This document shows, in pieces, positions 40,151 to 49,718 of a stretch of 64,000 nucleotides of DNA. The DNA is taken from positions 256,001 to 320,000 of the forward strand of contig JAVLKG010000005.1 in NCBI GenBank assembly GCA_032128875.1. The letters are read 5' to 3'. Origin of the DNA: Candidatus Melainabacteria bacterium 17Bon1m. GTDB taxonomy: Bacteria; Cyanobacteriota; Vampirovibrionia; Obscuribacterales; Obscuribacteraceae. The notes beneath the pieces were generated by a model, which worked only from the letters and a program-made list of their open reading frames with translations, was not told where the DNA came from and searched no databases. The first letter of the stretch is position 1, and each line of letters starts with the position of its first letter. Made by a program: the position numbers and the translations under genes.

Positions 40151-41179
40151 ATGAAACAGTTTTTCAAACAAGCATTGATATTTATTTCGATCATCCTTAT
40201 TCCGATGTTGGGTGTGGAAATTTCCTTGCAAAGTTTGAGGCAGTATCAGTGGTTTAACGGATATTCAAGGCTATACAAAGACGCCAGAGTGGACACGATT
40301 TTTCTTGGTAATTCGATCATCAATGCGGCAGTTCGTGAGAAGGAATTTGCAAAGCAAGTCAGCCAGCCAGGAAAACCAGAGAGGTCTGCGCTCAATCTCG
40401 GGCAGGGCTATACAACGCCCGTGGAATACTTGTTTGGGCTTCAGCGCATGGTTGAAGTCAACCCGCACGTTTTCGAGGGCGCTACTATTTTTCTGCCTGC
40501 CACAGGCGGCTTGCCGGATATCCGCACATGGCAAGACAACTGGATGAATTGGCACCAGCCCGCACTACTGGCTGATTACATTAGTTATCCATATCTATGG
40601 CAATATTGTCTGAAGCCTAATGTTTCCCTCTCTGAAAAGGTTCTGCTCGTTTGCAGCAAGCACAGCGAGCTGATTGCGCAAGGCGGACTACTGCGCGTCG
40701 GCACGATGTACAGCCTGGATGAAGCTGCCGAATGGCTGACGCACGGTGGCAAAATCGCCAAGAAAGGCGTGTTGATTGTCCAGGAAGGCGGAATCAGAAC
40801 CGACGAAGCGGCTGTCGCTAACTTCCAGGCTATGGCTCGCCGTCAGGCGGCAGCCGACCTGGTTAACCAAAAACCAGTCGACTGGGACAAGATAGTTCTC
40901 AAAGAAATAGTCGAGTATATTCAGCGACATGGCGGAAAAGTCTGCTTCTGCTACATTCCAGTGGGATCTGTAATGAGTAAGCCACTTTCCACAGATATTC
41001 GAAAGCAGGACATCAAAGATTTCGAGGACGTGGCTAAGAAGTGGGGTTGCAAGTATTACCATCCAGATTTCCAACCAGAAGGCGACGAAGATTTTCCAGA
41101 CATGATGCACTTGAGCGAACCGAAATCGCATCTTTATACTAAAGCGCTTTCGGAAGCTTATCTTCGAGATCCGCCCTAG
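40151..41179 (+). CDS. SGNH-like periplasmic acyltransferase partner (AlgJ/DltD-like)
   Basis: N-terminal TM, FLGNS, DMMH near the C-terminus; directly follows the MBOAT gene. Confidence 0.7.
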   Translation: MKQFFKQALIFISIILIPMLGVEISLQSLRQYQWFNGYSRLYKDARVDTIFLGNSIINAAVREKEFAKQVSQPGKPERSALNLGQGYTTPVEYLFGLQRMVEVNPHVFEGATIFLPATGGLPDIRTWQDNWMNWHQPALLADYISYPYLWQYCLKPNVSLSEKVLLVCSKHSELIAQGGLLRVGTMYSLDEAAEWLTHGGKIAKKGVLIVQEGGIRTDEAAVANFQAMARRQAAADLVNQKPVDWDKIVLKEIVEYIQRHGGKVCFCYIPVGSVMSKPLSTDIRKQDIKDFEDVAKKWGCKYYHPDFQPEGDEDFPDMMHLSEPKSHLYTKALSEAYLRDPP

Positions 41180-41190
41180 AAGTAGATTCG

Positions 41191-41230
41191 GCCGGAGCGC
41201 TGGCTTCCAGCCGGCACTTTTGCTTTTTTG
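41191..41230 (+). terminator. Probable intrinsic terminator
   Basis: GCCGG...GCTGG-CTT-CCAGC-CGGC followed by a T-rich tract, between convergent genes. Confidence 0.45.
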
Positions 41231-41249
41231 TTCTGGTATTTCTTTTTCT

Positions 41250-42833
41250 CTAGTTCGAGGTTGGTTTTAACTTCTCATTGACAAAAAGCTTTGAAGCTTT
41301 GTCTTCGGCGACCAGCTTCCAGTCAGGGTTTTTGGAAAGCTCTCCACCGAGCAAACTGTTGCTTGGCATTATCACCCAGTACAAGTGATACTTTTCAAAA
41401 ACCTTTTCAAACCCAGGCAGAGCGCGCGAACAACTGGCATATTCGAGATAAAAAGACTCAGGGAAAAAATCTGCGCGGTCATCGATAAAAACGCGCTTGC
41501 CGGTTTTGTATCTCAAATATCCGCCCCAGTTGTCGTAATTAAAACCACTTGCAGGATCAAGATTGTTTTTCACAACATAATCGAGCGTCTTGGTTGGTTT
41601 GTCTTTTGGATTAAAGCCGGAATTCAAAATTTGATTGCCGGCCACGCTGCCTCCCATGAAGGCTGCTACTGCCAGGAAAAGCGCAAAAACGATGGGCACC
41701 ACGTGCATCTTGCATTGCAGTTCCTGCGCTTCAAAATCGCTGAAGGCTTTGCGCCCGCGTGCGACTACTCTTTGGAATGTGTTTGGAGTCTCCGAATTGA
41801 TGTCGCCTAGCAATTTCATGTGCCCAAGCAACTCTCCAATTGCGGGCAGTGCGACGATAGCGAAAAGCGGCATATTGCGCTTTGCTTGCAGCGCCATGTG
41901 GGCGAAAGTCACCACGGTGAGAAACCTCGGAAGGCTGATGTTTTTTGCAGCGCGGAAAAGACCAGCCAGCAGTGCAAAGAATAAAATTTCCAGGCAGATA
42001 GAGTGAAGATCGCCATGGAAAGCCGGAGATTGAAATTCGTCCGTTTGAGAAACCACGGAGGCTTTTGTTTTCAAATACAAATAAATGTATTGGTGCAGCT
42101 CGATGCCGTAGGGATTGACTAAAGTAACTGCGGACAGGGTGACGATAAGAATGAGCAATGGTTTGAGGCGTTGAAAGTTTTTCTTCGCTTCTTCTGCATC
42201 CGAGTTGAAAAAGCATCCAAACAATGCGGCAACAAAATAAATTCCTGCAATTCCAATTCCCAATGCAAATGCCGGATGCATGTTGGTCCACAAAAGCATT
42301 GTCGGAACCAGCCAGATTAAGAGCCGTTTGAAGTCTATACGCCCGCGATAAAAGTCTTCGAGCTTGGTTGAAAAAATGTACACGCCCCAGAAGTTGAGAA
42401 GGTGTGGACGAGCAAGGAAGTGCATTGCAGATAGCAATGAGCCCACGACAACAAAGAATAAGCTTGGGAAAACGGACACACCATCGCGGCGCATGCGGTC
42501 GTACAGCATTAGGAAAAGACTGCTGATGGTGACGCTGCATGCGACGGCAAGAAGGTTCAAGCCACCGGCTTTGACGAGTAGAGCCATAATCACATCAGTC
42601 AGCCATTGATAGGCAACCCAGGGGCGATCTGCATGCGATGACGTGAGAATATCCGTGTGCGGAATCGAGCCGGTGTCAAGGATGTGCATCCCCGTGACGA
42701 TGTGCCATCCGGTGGAGCCATCTCCGAAAAGAAAGTTCGGCAGCATGAAGAGAGTCAAACTAGCCAAAAAAATAAAGAGCATGTCGCCCGCATCAGGCAG
42801 CGGCGACTTCTGGGGAACCTCAGGGTCAGACAT
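41250..42833 (-). CDS. Polytopic membrane protein, probable GT-C-fold transferase; paralogue of 3212..4837
   Basis: DGSTGWH, YQWL, RPH, WTNMHPAF, NPYG, FNYDNWGGYL, FIDDRADF. Confidence 0.6.
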   Translation of the reverse strand: MSDPEVPQKSPLPDAGDMLFIFLASLTLFMLPNFLFGDGSTGWHIVTGMHILDTGSIPHTDILTSSHADRPWVAYQWLTDVIMALLVKAGGLNLLAVACSVTISSLFLMLYDRMRRDGVSVFPSLFFVVVGSLLSAMHFLARPHLLNFWGVYIFSTKLEDFYRGRIDFKRLLIWLVPTMLLWTNMHPAFALGIGIAGIYFVAALFGCFFNSDAEEAKKNFQRLKPLLILIVTLSAVTLVNPYGIELHQYIYLYLKTKASVVSQTDEFQSPAFHGDLHSICLEILFFALLAGLFRAAKNISLPRFLTVVTFAHMALQAKRNMPLFAIVALPAIGELLGHMKLLGDINSETPNTFQRVVARGRKAFSDFEAQELQCKMHVVPIVFALFLAVAAFMGGSVAGNQILNSGFNPKDKPTKTLDYVVKNNLDPASGFNYDNWGGYLRYKTGKRVFIDDRADFFPESFYLEYASCSRALPGFEKVFEKYHLYWVIMPSNSLLGGELSKNPDWKLVAEDKASKLFVNEKLKPTSN

Positions 42834-42872
42834 TATGATCCAACTTTTCTTGGAAGCTTTTGGTCTATTCGA

Positions 42873-43691
42873 TTAAGAGAAAGATTGTGTATTAAGCCAG
42901 CCGCGAACTTGCAGAGACTCGGCCATTTTGCACATACCGGTAAGTTCGTCGTACATGGCGACCGCCAATTGGTGCATCGAAATCTGTCCGCTCGACAGCA
43001 GATATTCGCCAACCTGCAGCGATTGCATTTGTGTATCTGTGACGTAGCCAGCGCTCAAGACAAGCTCTTTGAGCGGAATTTCGGGGGCAATGGCCATTTG
43101 GTTTTTGAGAGCTTGAACTTCTGCTGGTCCGATGACACGGCAGGCTTTGAGCATGTCGATGAGCAATGGCAGCTTTTCTTCCATCGGCACTGTGATGGCT
43201 TGCTGCGGTTTTGCCGGCACTGCTTCGTGGGTCGCAGTGGCTGGCGTCGGCACGACTTCCGGTTCGAGCGAGCCGTCTTCGCCGATAGCTTTTTGTTCGA
43301 TGAGCCAGGTTCTGACTGCGACAAGGTCGTGGCTTAGACGAAGTCTTGGCTTTCTGAGAATGTAGCCGGCGTCGAGCAGGCGGTAATATTCTTCGCGTCT
43401 GTCGCGGGCGTTGGAAACGCGCTGGAAATTACGGATGGCACGCAAGTATCCGGATAAGACTGCGGTTTGCGAAACATCGCAAGAAAGACCAAGGAGAGGA
43501 TAAAGGCTGGTGGCGTTTTTCTCGCCATCGGTGCGAGGAGGCGGCAGCAAGTCGGGGAAAAGTTGATAAAGCTGGCGCACGACGGTAAGTACGCCTTTCA
43601 CGTCGTTGATAGCCCAACTCTGACGCAGCGAAGCGCAAAGAATTTGGCTTTCTAATTCGATGCGGTTGGCGCCACCAGAGGTCTCTGCCAT
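42873..43691 (-). CDS. Degenerate J-domain (no HPD) plus MshEN-like region
   Basis: LYPLLGL...GY...DAGYILRKPRLRLSHD; C-half aligns by eye with 5981..6529. Confidence 0.55.
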   Translation of the reverse strand: MAETSGGANRIELESQILCASLRQSWAINDVKGVLTVVRQLYQLFPDLLPPPRTDGEKNATSLYPLLGLSCDVSQTAVLSGYLRAIRNFQRVSNARDRREEYYRLLDAGYILRKPRLRLSHDLVAVRTWLIEQKAIGEDGSLEPEVVPTPATATHEAVPAKPQQAITVPMEEKLPLLIDMLKACRVIGPAEVQALKNQMAIAPEIPLKELVLSAGYVTDTQMQSLQVGEYLLSSGQISMHQLAVAMYDELTGMCKMAESLQVRGWLNTQSFS

Positions 43692-43778
43692 CTAATCCTC
43701 AAACCCTAGACTCTATCAATCAGCAATCTAGCCGCTGCTTTTCTCGTACCCGATACCGATTATTTTCAATTCCGACTT

Positions 43779-44222
43779 CTAATTTTCAATCTCAAAAGTC
43801 AGTTCCGTATGCCCCACTCTAATCTTGTCTCCTGCGGAAAGCACTTGTCTTTTCACGACAGGGTGACCATTCAAAAGAGTACCGTTGGTCGAACCTAGGT
43901 CTTCAAGCCAGAAGTCGCTTTCTTCATAAGAAATCCAGGCATGGTGGCGGGAAGTGAATGTGTCATCAGGTATGACGACCTGATTGGACGGGTCTCTTCC
44001 TATCTTCACCTTGCGGTTCTTCAGCGGGACCTTTTGTCCCGTCTTTTGAACCACTACGATGACCTGTTTCGGCAGTTCGGACTCTTCGCCCTCCGACGCC
44101 TTCATGTAATCGAGCTGAAGGCTCTTGAGGTCGAGATCGGTCACAGTTGCGCAGTATACGCATCTGGTTCCGACAGGTGTTGGGCGTCCGCAGCTAGGAC
44201 AAGGTTCTGTATTGTCGGTCAT
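43779..44222 (-). CDS. Zinc-ribbon + FHA domain protein
   Basis: CPSC..CVYC; IGR, SRHHA, DLGSTNGT. Confidence 0.92.
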   Translation of the reverse strand: MTDNTEPCPSCGRPTPVGTRCVYCATVTDLDLKSLQLDYMKASEGEESELPKQVIVVVQKTGQKVPLKNRKVKIGRDPSNQVVIPDDTFTSRHHAWISYEESDFWLEDLGSTNGTLLNGHPVVKRQVLSAGDKIRVGHTELTFEIEN

Positions 44223-44509
44223 CTATCTACTGGGTAATTGAAAACGTTCAGATCTTCAAAGGGTACACTCTGACCATATTATAGAGGACGAAGGAAACGC
44301 GGTCTGGCAATAGATTCACAAATATTTTGCTGAGGGAGAATCTTGTAATCGCTCGTCAACCGGGCGTTCTTGGCATCCCCGCCCTGAAGTTGTAAAAGAA
44401 TCTCCTTTTGAAGCGCTCTGTGTGCTTTTAGCGACTAGGAGGTTAGGCTCTCAAGCAGCAAACTTGTTCGCTTGGCTTTTCAAGTCTGTTGTGTAATGTG
44501 AAGAATGAG

Positions 44510-44549
44510 GACGCCGCAACTCACGTCTGGTAGAGGGCGTTGCGGCGTC
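44510..44549 (-). terminator. Hairpin downstream of the zinc-ribbon gene
   Basis: GACGCCGCAAC / GTTGCGGCGTC 11-bp inverted repeat; weak U tract. Confidence 0.4.
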
Positions 44550-44577
44550 AAATTTAGACTATGTTTCGTCTTGATTC

Positions 44578-44928
44578 TCAGACTGTGGCGATTTCGACGT
44601 CTCTGTCTGTTGATGCGTCTGCGTCTGTGTCTGTGGCAGGTTGTCCTTCGAGTTTTTTTGTGCGAAAGCAATAGCTGCAGTACACCGGCCTATAACCTTT
44701 CGGTTGGAAGGGCACTCTTGTGGGTGAACCGCATTCGGCGCAATTTACTTCAGCAGTGCGGCCGGGGTCTTCCCCATTGCGTTGCACCCTCATCAAAATG
44801 CGGCAATTTGGGCACCTTTTGGGCTCATTCACGAGTCCCTTGGCGCTGAAAAATTCTTGCTCGCCGGCTGAGAATACAAATGTTTTGCCGCAATCGCGGC
44901 AAGTGAGATCTTTGTTCGAAAATTCCAT
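44578..44928 (-). CDS. Double zinc-ribbon (CxxC-x17-CxxC) protein
   Basis: CRDCG..FVFSAGEQEFF..KG...PKRCPNC; CAECG..VPFQP...PVYCSYC. Confidence 0.92.
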   Translation of the reverse strand: MEFSNKDLTCRDCGKTFVFSAGEQEFFSAKGLVNEPKRCPNCRILMRVQRNGEDPGRTAEVNCAECGSPTRVPFQPKGYRPVYCSYCFRTKKLEGQPATDTDADASTDRDVEIATV

Positions 44929-45169
44929 ATACGAGAAACCTTAACTGCCCCGGGGATTTCCATATACAGCCCGCTACCAAGGAGCTTGTTCTGCGGGCGG
45001 TTCTGCTTGCTGACAACGGCAGACTAGCCCATGCTATCACGCGGGACATACGTGCGGAAGGCTAAATGCGGGTTCTCTGGGGAAATTGCCATACAAATAT
45101 GGTAATCACCATAGCCAAAGCTGCAACTGGTCGGCTCATGGCGCATATATCGACAAGCCGGTTCAATCC

Positions 45170-46162
45170 TTACTCTTCGGAACCCCTGACTGGCTGCCGA
45201 GAGTACGCGCCCACATTGAGTTTTGAGTTTTCTCCATGGAAGAAGGCTGCGGCGGCCACCATCGCTGCGTTGTCCGTGCAGAGATGGTTTGAAGGGAAGT
45301 AAACGCGATAACCGCTTGCCTTCTCGAATTTAGAGCGTAGCTCTCGATTTGCGGCTACTCCGCCCGCCAGTACGATCGTCTTCAAACCCAATTCGTCAGC
45401 GGCTTTCAAGGTCTTCTTAACGAGCACCCTCGTGACAGCCTCCTGAAAAGAGGCGCATAAGTCCTCTATAGGTAACGCGTCGGTAACCTTCTGTAACTTC
45501 TCGACTTGGCGCAGCACTGCGGTTTTCAATCCACTAAAACTGAAGTCGTATCCTTTGACTACGCCCTCGGGAAATTTAAACGCACTAGGGTTTCCCTTAG
45601 ATGCAATCTTGTCGATTACGGGGCCGCCCGGATAGCCAAGACCTAAAAGTCTTCCAACCTTGTCGTAAGCTTCGCCGGCGGCGTCGTCAAGCGTCTCTCC
45701 AATTATTTGAATGTCATCGAAGTTTTTAAAATGCAGTATTTGAGTATGTCCGCCTGAAACAAGCAGGGCCACAAAAGGCGGCTCCAGGTCTGTATCAATG
45801 AAATTGGCGCAGACGTGGGCGAACAAGTGATCGACGGTTTTCAATGGCAGATTCCAGGACCATGAAAGTGCTTTGGCAGCCGAGAGCCCAATGAGCAAAG
45901 TGCCGATGAGACCTGGTCCTCTGGTACAGGCTATGCCGTCCAGCTGGTCATGAGTAAGACCGGCTTTTGATAGAGCTTCATCAATCATCAAGTTGATCGT
46001 TTGAACGTGGCTGCGTGCAGCAACTTCCGGCACGACGCCGCCGTACTTTTGATGGATAGGCGTTTGAGAGACCAGACAACTAGACAAAAGTGTGCGGCCG
46101 TCTTTGACGATGGCTGCTGCTGTTTCATCACAACTGGTTTCCAAACCGAGTAAGACAGTCAT
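45170..46162 (-). CDS. tsaD: tRNA N6-adenosine threonylcarbamoyltransferase
   Basis: ETSCDET, GGVVPEVAARSH, HLFAH, SGGHT, DDAAGEAYDK, TDNAAM. Confidence 0.98.
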   Translation of the reverse strand: MTVLLGLETSCDETAAAIVKDGRTLLSSCLVSQTPIHQKYGGVVPEVAARSHVQTINLMIDEALSKAGLTHDQLDGIACTRGPGLIGTLLIGLSAAKALSWSWNLPLKTVDHLFAHVCANFIDTDLEPPFVALLVSGGHTQILHFKNFDDIQIIGETLDDAAGEAYDKVGRLLGLGYPGGPVIDKIASKGNPSAFKFPEGVVKGYDFSFSGLKTAVLRQVEKLQKVTDALPIEDLCASFQEAVTRVLVKKTLKAADELGLKTIVLAGGVAANRELRSKFEKASGYRVYFPSNHLCTDNAAMVAAAAFFHGENSKLNVGAYSRQPVRGSEE

Positions 46163-46345
46163 TTTTCAGCTCTAAATAAGAGATCTAATCTTACACCTTT
46201 AGATGAAAAGCTGTGAAATGCTCGCTTCGCTGTAGCTTTCAGCTCTCCGAAGGTGCCCGGGCTGCCATAGAATAAAAGAATTATCGGCGCCTCTCTGTAC
46301 CCCAAAAATGCCTGTCGCCAGGGCGTGTAATAGCCTAAAAACCTA

Positions 46346-46374
46346 TTGACAAGCGCTGTTGAGAAGAGTAGTAT
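46346..46374 (+). promoter_or_regulatory. Sigma70-type promoter
   Basis: TTGACA - 17 bp - TAGTAT. Confidence 0.6.
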
Positions 46375-46417
46375 TCTGCCATCTATGCTCTTTTCGCCCA
46401 TGCTTTTTGTGGGCACA

Positions 46418-46522
46418 TAGTAAAGGGGCTAGAACCGAAGGGTTTGCCTTAGCGAATCGTGAGGTTCTTAGATGAATCGGTGGAGTTTTCTACCGATTGT
46501 GAGCAATCACAAAACCTTACTA
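46418..46522 (+). ncRNA. Candidate structured 5' leader RNA (multi-stem junction)
   Basis: Closing stem TAGTAAAGG/CCTTACTA encloses three hairpins, one capped by a GCAA tetraloop. Confidence 0.4.
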
Positions 46523-46562
46523 AGTAATTTGTCGGACTCCCTATTTTGACGGGTCTAAATAC

Positions 46563-47249
46563 ATGAAGAAGCTGCAGCATTTCGCATTTGCATTCGGAGT
46601 TGTACTCTTTGCCACTAATTTCTCCGCCCCTGTTTTGGCACAGAGCTCCAACCTCGATTTCGGCGGAGGTAATTCCATACGAGTTACTCCTAATGGCACC
46701 ACATTTGGTATGAACGGAAATACCGTCAATATCGGTAATTCCGGCGGCCGGATCAGTGGCTCAGGCGGCAGCTTCAGTTGGGGTAATGGAACCCAAAACT
46801 CCAGCATGGGTCGCACATACGATCTCGATCCGGCTTATCCTTCGCACGGCATGCGATATGTCCAGCCACCGCCCGGTGCATTTGGCGAAGGAGCCGGCGG
46901 CAATCAATTCAACTCATCCGGAACCAACGGTGTAATGGGCAGAAGCTCCCGCCGCGAATCGGGAAACTTGGCTCAACAAGACAACTCGTTTCAAGACTAC
47001 ATGGGCGACACCGACGGCAAACAAACTCCGATGTCTCGCGGCGGACTTCCTGAAACCACAACAGCTATCCAATCCTTCGACAACATTTATGGAATGACTC
47101 GCATCCCTTCCGGTCAGTTCAGATATGGATTCAGCAATCAGGGAGGCGCTTTGCTCCGCTCACCTACTGGATTCGGCAATCAAGGTTTTGGTGGTTTCTT
47201 GCCACAGACTTCGACTGGCTCGCTGGACATCAATACGGTCGATCGTTAG
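46563..47249 (+). CDS. Secreted Gly/Ser/Asn-rich protein
   Basis: Sec signal MKK...PVLA; low-complexity mature region. Confidence 0.8.
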   Translation: MKKLQHFAFAFGVVLFATNFSAPVLAQSSNLDFGGGNSIRVTPNGTTFGMNGNTVNIGNSGGRISGSGGSFSWGNGTQNSSMGRTYDLDPAYPSHGMRYVQPPPGAFGEGAGGNQFNSSGTNGVMGRSSRRESGNLAQQDNSFQDYMGDTDGKQTPMSRGGLPETTTAIQSFDNIYGMTRIPSGQFRYGFSNQGGALLRSPTGFGNQGFGGFLPQTSTGSLDINTVDR

Positions 47250-47318
47250 TTTAAATTCCGCTTTTTCCGCAGCCGGTAAGGCTAAGAGCGTAACTCAAAT
47301 CTTCAAGGGTTAAATCAA

Positions 47319-48101
47319 ATGATTAGAAAAGCCGCTTTCGCAGCAATCGTCACAACCTTACTAAGTCTGCCGGTATACGCCCAAGACTGGAGCACCTCAT
47401 CAGGCACCACCGGTTCGGGTGGAAGAGAGTCATCTTCTACCGGTTCGCAGGGCATGGCGCCGGACGATTCGGATTTTACGTCACCTCAAAATCAAACTCG
47501 TCGCAATATGGGACGCGTTTCGGGACCAGGGTTTGCTCTCAATGACACATCTCTTCCAATCGGTGCCGGTCAAGGATTGGCTCGAGTGAGCGGACCGCGC
47601 GGTCGCAATGGACTACCGCCGACAAGACTTGATAGTTTCGTAAAAGAAGCTGGCGGACATGCCTGGCACATTTATGGAGACGAAGGCACATACAGCATTC
47701 CTCCGTTTTTTGAATTCAGTCCGGTTCACCGTATTGAGCGCGGCATCAATGGACCACGTGCTGCTGGTCTCACCACACAACACGGCAGCCCGCTGCCACC
47801 TGCATGGGGCGGCGATGAATTCGTGAAGACAGAAGGCTTCACGCAGTCCGGCGCACCGTACCAGCAAGTCAATCCGCTGCTTAATCTTCCGACGCCTGAT
47901 TTTGGCGGGGGCAATGGCGGTCGTTCAAACTTTGGATTCAATGTCGGCGGACAGCCGGTCAATGGAAGTTTCAATCCAAATAGTGGTGGCTTCCGCGGCA
48001 GCGTCAACACCGGTCTTGGCACCTTCGGCGGAACATACAATCCGACTACCGGCGGTGGCACCGTCAGAATTCCTGGTGGACAAAGTTTCGATTTCCCATA
48101 A
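47319..48101 (+). CDS. Secreted Gly-rich protein
   Basis: Sec signal MIRK...PVYA; core LPPTRLDSFV...IYGDEG...LPPAWG. Confidence 0.8.
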   Translation: MIRKAAFAAIVTTLLSLPVYAQDWSTSSGTTGSGGRESSSTGSQGMAPDDSDFTSPQNQTRRNMGRVSGPGFALNDTSLPIGAGQGLARVSGPRGRNGLPPTRLDSFVKEAGGHAWHIYGDEGTYSIPPFFEFSPVHRIERGINGPRAAGLTTQHGSPLPPAWGGDEFVKTEGFTQSGAPYQQVNPLLNLPTPDFGGGNGGRSNFGFNVGGQPVNGSFNPNSGGFRGSVNTGLGTFGGTYNPTTGGGTVRIPGGQSFDFP

Positions 48102-48168
48102 ACCGAAATCGAGCGAAATCTGTAGAGCTTCAACCTAAGTCAAACTAGGTCAACCACGGCATCCTAAA

Positions 48169-48747
48169 TTAGTTGAATCCCAAGAAGGTCAGTGTCTGCT
48201 TCTGGAAGAACATGGCGATCACTGTGCCCAGTGCAATTGCCAGTCCGATCGGGATGCGCTTCTTTCTGACTTCGGTAAGTTTTTCCGAATCGACTTGCGG
48301 CGCAACCAGTTTTCCGCCCAGGGCCACTGCCGCAAAGGCGTTGAAAACTTGCTTCCAGGGAATCAAGCGACCTAACTGAAACATCGAAATTGCGCCGTAG
48401 CAAAGTGCGAAATAAAAGAAAGTAACGAGCACAGTTGTTGTGCCGAGAAATGCGCCCATGCATGCCATCAATTTTGCATCGCCCATGCCCATCGGCCCGT
48501 CTTCACCATATTTAGGACCGATTGGCAGGTAGATGAAGAACAAAGTGATGGCGGCGCCGACAAACCACCCGGTCACCGACTGTAGTGCGCCGTCCATGCC
48601 CTTGTCCAAATAGTTGAGAAGAATTGCTGCAGCGGATGCAGGGAATGTCAGCAAGTTCGGAATCTTTTCAGTGCGCCAGTCTATTACGAGCGCAATCATT
48701 ACGACTACTATTGCTATTACTTGTGTGATCGTCGTCAGCTGTGTCAC
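48169..48747 (-). CDS. cpaA: Flp prepilin peptidase (A24; TadV/CpaA)
   Basis: IDWRTEKIPN, GMGDAKL, IPIGLAIALG. Confidence 0.9.
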   Translation of the reverse strand: MTQLTTITQVIAIVVVMIALVIDWRTEKIPNLLTFPASAAAILLNYLDKGMDGALQSVTGWFVGAAITLFFIYLPIGPKYGEDGPMGMGDAKLMACMGAFLGTTTVLVTFFYFALCYGAISMFQLGRLIPWKQVFNAFAAVALGGKLVAPQVDSEKLTEVRKKRIPIGLAIALGTVIAMFFQKQTLTFLGFN

Positions 48748-48820
48748 GGTGTTCTTTCTTTCCTTCGGATTCCGTCTAAGCCAGATGCTTTCGGTTTTCT
48801 TTTTTTACAAGATAACCTAA

Positions 48821-49195
48821 TTACAAAACAGCGATGCAGTCGATTTCGACTGCAACGTCGCGCGGCAATTTTGCCACCTGGACTGTGGCTCTTGCCGGTT
48901 TGTGATCTGGAAAATGACTGCCGTAGACTTCATTCATATCAGTGAAATCTCCCATGTCTTTCAAGTAGACAGTGGTTTTCACCACCTTTGAAAAGTCTGC
49001 GCCGGCGGCGTCGAGTATTGCTGCCAAGTTGGACATGACTTGTTTTGTCTGATCGGTAATGGATCCTTCGACCAGATTACCGCTTGCCGGATCGATTGGA
49101 ATTTGTCCGGAGACGAAGACCATTCCATTGGCAACGATTGCTTGAGAGTATGGGCCGATGGCTTTCGGCGCTGTGTCCGTAGCAACAACTTTCAT
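48821..49195 (-). CDS. ridA: RidA/YjgF reactive imine deaminase
   Basis: APKAIGPYSQA, SGQIP, PARATVQVAKLP, VEIDCIA. Confidence 0.95.
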   Translation of the reverse strand: MKVVATDTAPKAIGPYSQAIVANGMVFVSGQIPIDPASGNLVEGSITDQTKQVMSNLAAILDAAGADFSKVVKTTVYLKDMGDFTDMNEVYGSHFPDHKPARATVQVAKLPRDVAVEIDCIAVL

Positions 49196-49352
49196 GTTCT
49201 AGATTTCCTTATTGCTGTGCTGCGCGCACATTAGATGCGCCAGCAAAATCTTTTTGATTTCTCTGTCTTAGTAAATGGCTTCGCTTCAAACAGCATCCGC
49301 CTAGTCTTTGATTCCACTTGCGATTGGCTTCTAAGCGAATATTAGCCGACTT

Positions 49353-49718
49353 TTAGCCGCTGTTCTTTTCTTTGGAAACGATGTCACCGAGAGTGGTGCC
49401 GGTTTTTTTTACGGTTCCGGCCGGAAGTTCGAGACAAGATTTTGCTTTGCCAAAAATTCGTGACAGTTTTCCCGGAGCAAAGTCTTCAAGAACGCCCACA
49501 ACGACGCCGTTCTTATCAAGGAAAACGGCGTCGATCGAGAATTTCATTCCGAACATATGTATCGACTGGCAGCTTGTCAAAAACAGCCCCTCGCCATCGC
49601 TCAAGGATGTCCGATTGAGCAGGCCAATCAAACGGCTAAAGAATGAATCAGCCAGTTTTGCTTTCTCTGCAAGAACCGTTTCTTTTGTGTCGTTGAGAAA
49701 TCGGAACGTGGCTTTTAT
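49353..49718 (-). CDS. DUF192 family protein
   Basis: ADSFFSRLIGLL, IHMFGMKFSID, LELPAG; homology extends past the called TTG (49631) to an ATA at 49718. Confidence 0.85.
   Translation of the reverse strand: MKATFRFLNDTKETVLAEKAKLADSFFSRLIGLLNRTSLSDGEGLFLTSCQSIHMFGMKFSIDAVFLDKNGVVVGVLEDFAPGKLSRIFGKAKSCLELPAGTVKKTGTTLGDIVSKEKNSG

Noticed and set aside
46563-48101. LPxT motifs as sortase signals
   Set aside because: No Gly at position 5, no following TM helix or basic tail, and no sortase seen
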